Shown: positions 62,340 to 64,000 of the stretch, piece by piece | Position numbering within the stretch: position 1 is the first letter of the stretch | Layout: each line of letters opens with the position of its first letter | DNA from: Gammaproteobacteria bacterium | Lineage (GTDB): Bacteria > Pseudomonadota > Gammaproteobacteria > Nitrosococcales > Methylophagaceae | Length of the DNA: 64,000 nucleotides | NCBI GenBank assembly: GCA_014859375.1 | Contig: JACUUH010000008.1 | Span: 1,705 to 65,704 of the forward strand | Direction: 5' to 3' | Position numbers and translations under genes: made by a program | Notes under the pieces: generated by a model | The model's database searches: none | Told to the model about the DNA's origin: nothing | The model's input: the letters and a program-made list of their open reading frames with translations, nothing else

Positions 62340-63274
62340 GCTAATTTCTCCGCTATGCGAAGCACTGCACTCCGGGCTCGTGGATTTTGGGCCAGCTCAG
62401 CATCACTCGCTTTAACAGCTTTACCAACCAGACGAATTTTAGGATTAAGTTGATCGACTGTAACAGGAAAGTTAGCAGGTAAATCATCACCGCGCGCTTG
62501 ATCTCGGAAAAAACGCTTAACAATTCGGTCTTCTAAGGAATGAAAACTAATCACAGCAAGTCGACCACCAACAGCCAACACATCAACAGCCTGCTGTAAT
62601 GCCAACTCTAATTCAGCTAGTTCATTATTAATAAAAATACGAATAGCTTGAAAACTACGTGTTGCCGGATGTTTGTGTTTTTCACGAAATGGACTGGCTT
62701 TATCAATCAAGTTCGCTAATTGTTTGGTTGTGGTTATAGGTGTGTGTTCACGTGTTTCGACAATTGCTCTTGCAATCCGTTTGCCAAAACGTTCTTCACC
62801 CAAGGTTTTAAGCACCGTGGCAATCTCATCGATGTCTGCAATTGCCAACCATTGTGCTGCACTGATGCCTGCATCAGGATTCATCCGCATATCAAGCGGA
62901 CCGTCTTTTTGGAAACTAAAGCCGCGTTCAGCAACATCAAGCTGAGGTGAAGACACACCAATATCTAACAGAATGCCGTCGACCTTGCCTTGCCAAACGT
63001 GGTCATATACCTGTGAAGAGAGTTTAGAAAAAGAACATTGTGCGATGCTAAAGCGCTGATCAACTTGAGCTAATTTCTGACCAGCTACAATCGCGGCAGG
63101 ATCTTTATCCAAGCCAAGCAAACGACCTTTATCAGATAATTGGGCTAAGATAGCGCGAGCATGTCCACCACGGCCAAAGGTGCCATCAATATAAATACCA
63201 TCAGGTTTAACCGCTAATGCGGCAACTGTCTCGTTCAACAGGACGGGTAAATGTTCTGAGTAGCTCTCGATCAT
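62336..63274 (-). CDS. rsmH: 16S rRNA (cytosine1402-N4)-methyltransferase
   Basis: 312 aa. [22 protein letters not shown]-like [10 protein letters not shown] and [11 protein letters not shown]. Confidence 0.96.
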   Translation of the reverse strand: MIESYSEHLPVLLNETVAALAVKPDGIYIDGTFGRGGHARAILAQLSDKGRLLGLDKDPAAIVAGQKLAQVDQRFSIAQCSFSKLSSQVYDHVWQGKVDGILLDIGVSSPQLDVAERGFSFQKDGPLDMRMNPDAGISAAQWLAIADIDEIATVLKTLGEERFGKRIARAIVETREHTPITTTKQLANLIDKASPFREKHKHPATRSFQAIRIFINNELAELELALQQAVDVLAVGGRLAVISFHSLEDRIVKRFFRDQARGDDLPANFPVTVDQLNPKIRLVGKAVKASDAELAQNPRARSAVLRIAEKLA

Positions 63275-63284
63275 ACATTTCGCC

Positions 63285-63737
63285 CTAAATGGATAGGCTT
63301 TCTAGTTCAGCCGGTAAAATACCGTCAAAATCTTCTTCCAGACATTCATCCATCAAGGTGTTCCAAGTGTGTTCATCCCACAACTCAAACTTATTACCTT
63401 GACCAATCATGACCGTATTTTTCTCAATACCAGCAAATTCTCGTAACTTGGCTGGAAGCAAAATACGACCGTTACTATCCATCTCACACTCTGTTGCATA
63501 ACCCAACAACATTCGTTTCAAACGACGAACTTGCGGATTTAAACTTGGCAGAGCAGATAATTTTTGTTCTACTGCCTCCCACTCAGGCATAGGGTAAAGC
63601 TGCAAACAGTGATCAGAATGATCAATTGTGACGATCAATCTGCCTTCACAACAGACATCAAGATGCTTACGGAACTTAGATGGAATTGCCATCCGTCCTT
63701 TTGCATCTAGATTGAAAGTTGCTACGCCTCGAAACAC
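63285..63737 (-). CDS. mraZ: transcriptional regulator MraZ
   Basis: 150 aa. Two SpoVT/AbrB-like repeats with [10 protein letters not shown] and [10 protein letters not shown]. First gene of the dcw cluster; SD AAGGA lies 5 nt upstream. Confidence 0.96.
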   Translation of the reverse strand: MFRGVATFNLDAKGRMAIPSKFRKHLDVCCEGRLIVTIDHSDHCLQLYPMPEWEAVEQKLSALPSLNPQVRRLKRMLLGYATECEMDSNGRILLPAKLREFAGIEKNTVMIGQGNKFELWDEHTWNTLMDECLEEDFDGILPAELESLSI

Positions 63738-63758
63738 ATCTTGTCCTTAGTTTGTTTG

Positions 63759-63784
63759 GATCCACTTTGATCCACTTTTACCCA
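63759..63784 (-). promoter_or_regulatory. MraZ operator: three direct GTGG[G/A] boxes at exact 10-bp spacing
   Basis: Minus strand reads GTGGGTAAAA GTGGATCAAA GTGGAT. Plus-strand copies are ATCCAC 63759-63764, ATCCAC 63769-63774 and ACCCAC 63779-63784. Located between the -10 box and the mraZ SD. Confidence 0.65.
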
Positions 63785-63792
63785 CTAAACGA

Positions 63793-63821
63793 CACTATAG
63801 GAGTGCTAATAGTCGCTGTCA
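63793..63821 (-). promoter_or_regulatory. Pmra sigma70 promoter of the dcw cluster
   Basis: Minus strand: TTGACA (63821-63816) - 17 nt - TATAGT (63798-63793). Consensus -35 and 5/6 -10 with optimal spacing. Confidence 0.7.
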
Positions 63822-63910
63822 AGCTTATGAATAAACAAAATCCTCTTTTAAGGACAATGACTTAGCTTAATTTTGTTAAAGTGGGAGATAAGGTAAAAAT
63901 AGCTGAAAGG

Positions 63911-63955
63911 ATGTCTACTTTTTTATCAGAATGGTGGCGTTGGAAGTTAAAGTAA
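63911..63955 (+). CDS. candidate Trp-rich leader peptide (14 aa, MSTFLSEWWRWKLK)
   Basis: Small ORF in the unassigned region divergent from mraZ. Three TGG codons within four positions (WWRW), same length and same WWR core as E. coli TrpL ([14 protein letters not shown]). SD spacing is poor (AAAGG abuts the ATG) and the downstream gene is outside the window. Confidence 0.3.
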   Translation: MSTFLSEWWRWKLK

Positions 63956-64000
63956 ATTCTAGATATAAGACTGATATTTTTTAGAAATTAACTTTCAATA

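Noticed and set aside
1-64000. Scan for CRISPR arrays, tRNA/rRNA/tmRNA/SRP RNA, prophage or integrase-bounded islands, toxin-antitoxin pairs and known defence genes.
   Set aside because: No regularly spaced direct repeats and no cloverleaf-like or conserved ncRNA cores were seen in the intergenic regions. The only recombinase is the housekeeping xerD fragment. Gene content is overwhelmingly core.

Overview
This 64-kb window is chromosomal and mostly housekeeping. It comes from an AT-rich gammaproteobacterium. A form II RuBisCO operon plus the gene synteny suggest a Thiomicrospira/Hydrogenovibrio/Thiomicrorhabdus-like sulfur-oxidising chemolithoautotroph, but that is inference only. Gene order: xerD (partial) | rpsP-rimM-trmD-rplS (-) | ffh (-) | ypjD-corB-orphan 655 aa-asmA-mutY-yggX-csp (+) | HugZ-like (+) | cbbR (-) <> cbbM-cbbQ-cbbO-DUF4197-haem membrane protein (+) | NYN protein | MITE-like element | alanine/cation symporter | ABC-F pair yheS-uup (-) | ung | MATE | msrB-GIY-YIG | ABC-F ybiT | small secreted/unknown genes | FNT channel-dodecin | deaD | SpmA/B-like | P4H-like oxygenase-def-marC | secA-argJ-hypothetical (-) | M23 peptidase <> DUF721/DciA-like | complete dcw cluster mraZ-rsmH-ftsL-ftsI-murE-murF-mraY-murD-ftsW-murG-murC-murB-ddl-ftsQ-ftsA-ftsZ-lpxC (-). 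I saw no rRNA, tRNA, CRISPR array, prophage, transposase gene or recognisable defence island. I cannot honestly point to a convincing new multi-gene system. The observations most worth a second look are: (1) a small non-autonomous mobile-element family (a 231-bp MITE with perfect 19-bp terminal inverted repeats and a 5-bp target duplication, plus a 42-bp solo derivative); (2) two uncharacterised genes (DUF4197 and a membrane-anchored CxxCH protein) appended to the cbbM-cbbQ-cbbO operon; (3) an orphan 655-aa protein with a possible PilZ-like C-terminus, translationally coupled to corB; (4) a textbook Pmra promoter followed by three 10-bp-phased GTGG[G/A] MraZ boxes; (5) a 14-codon Trp-rich (WWRW) candidate leader peptide at the right edge. 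All start-codon refinements and family names were made by eye from motifs, not by database search.
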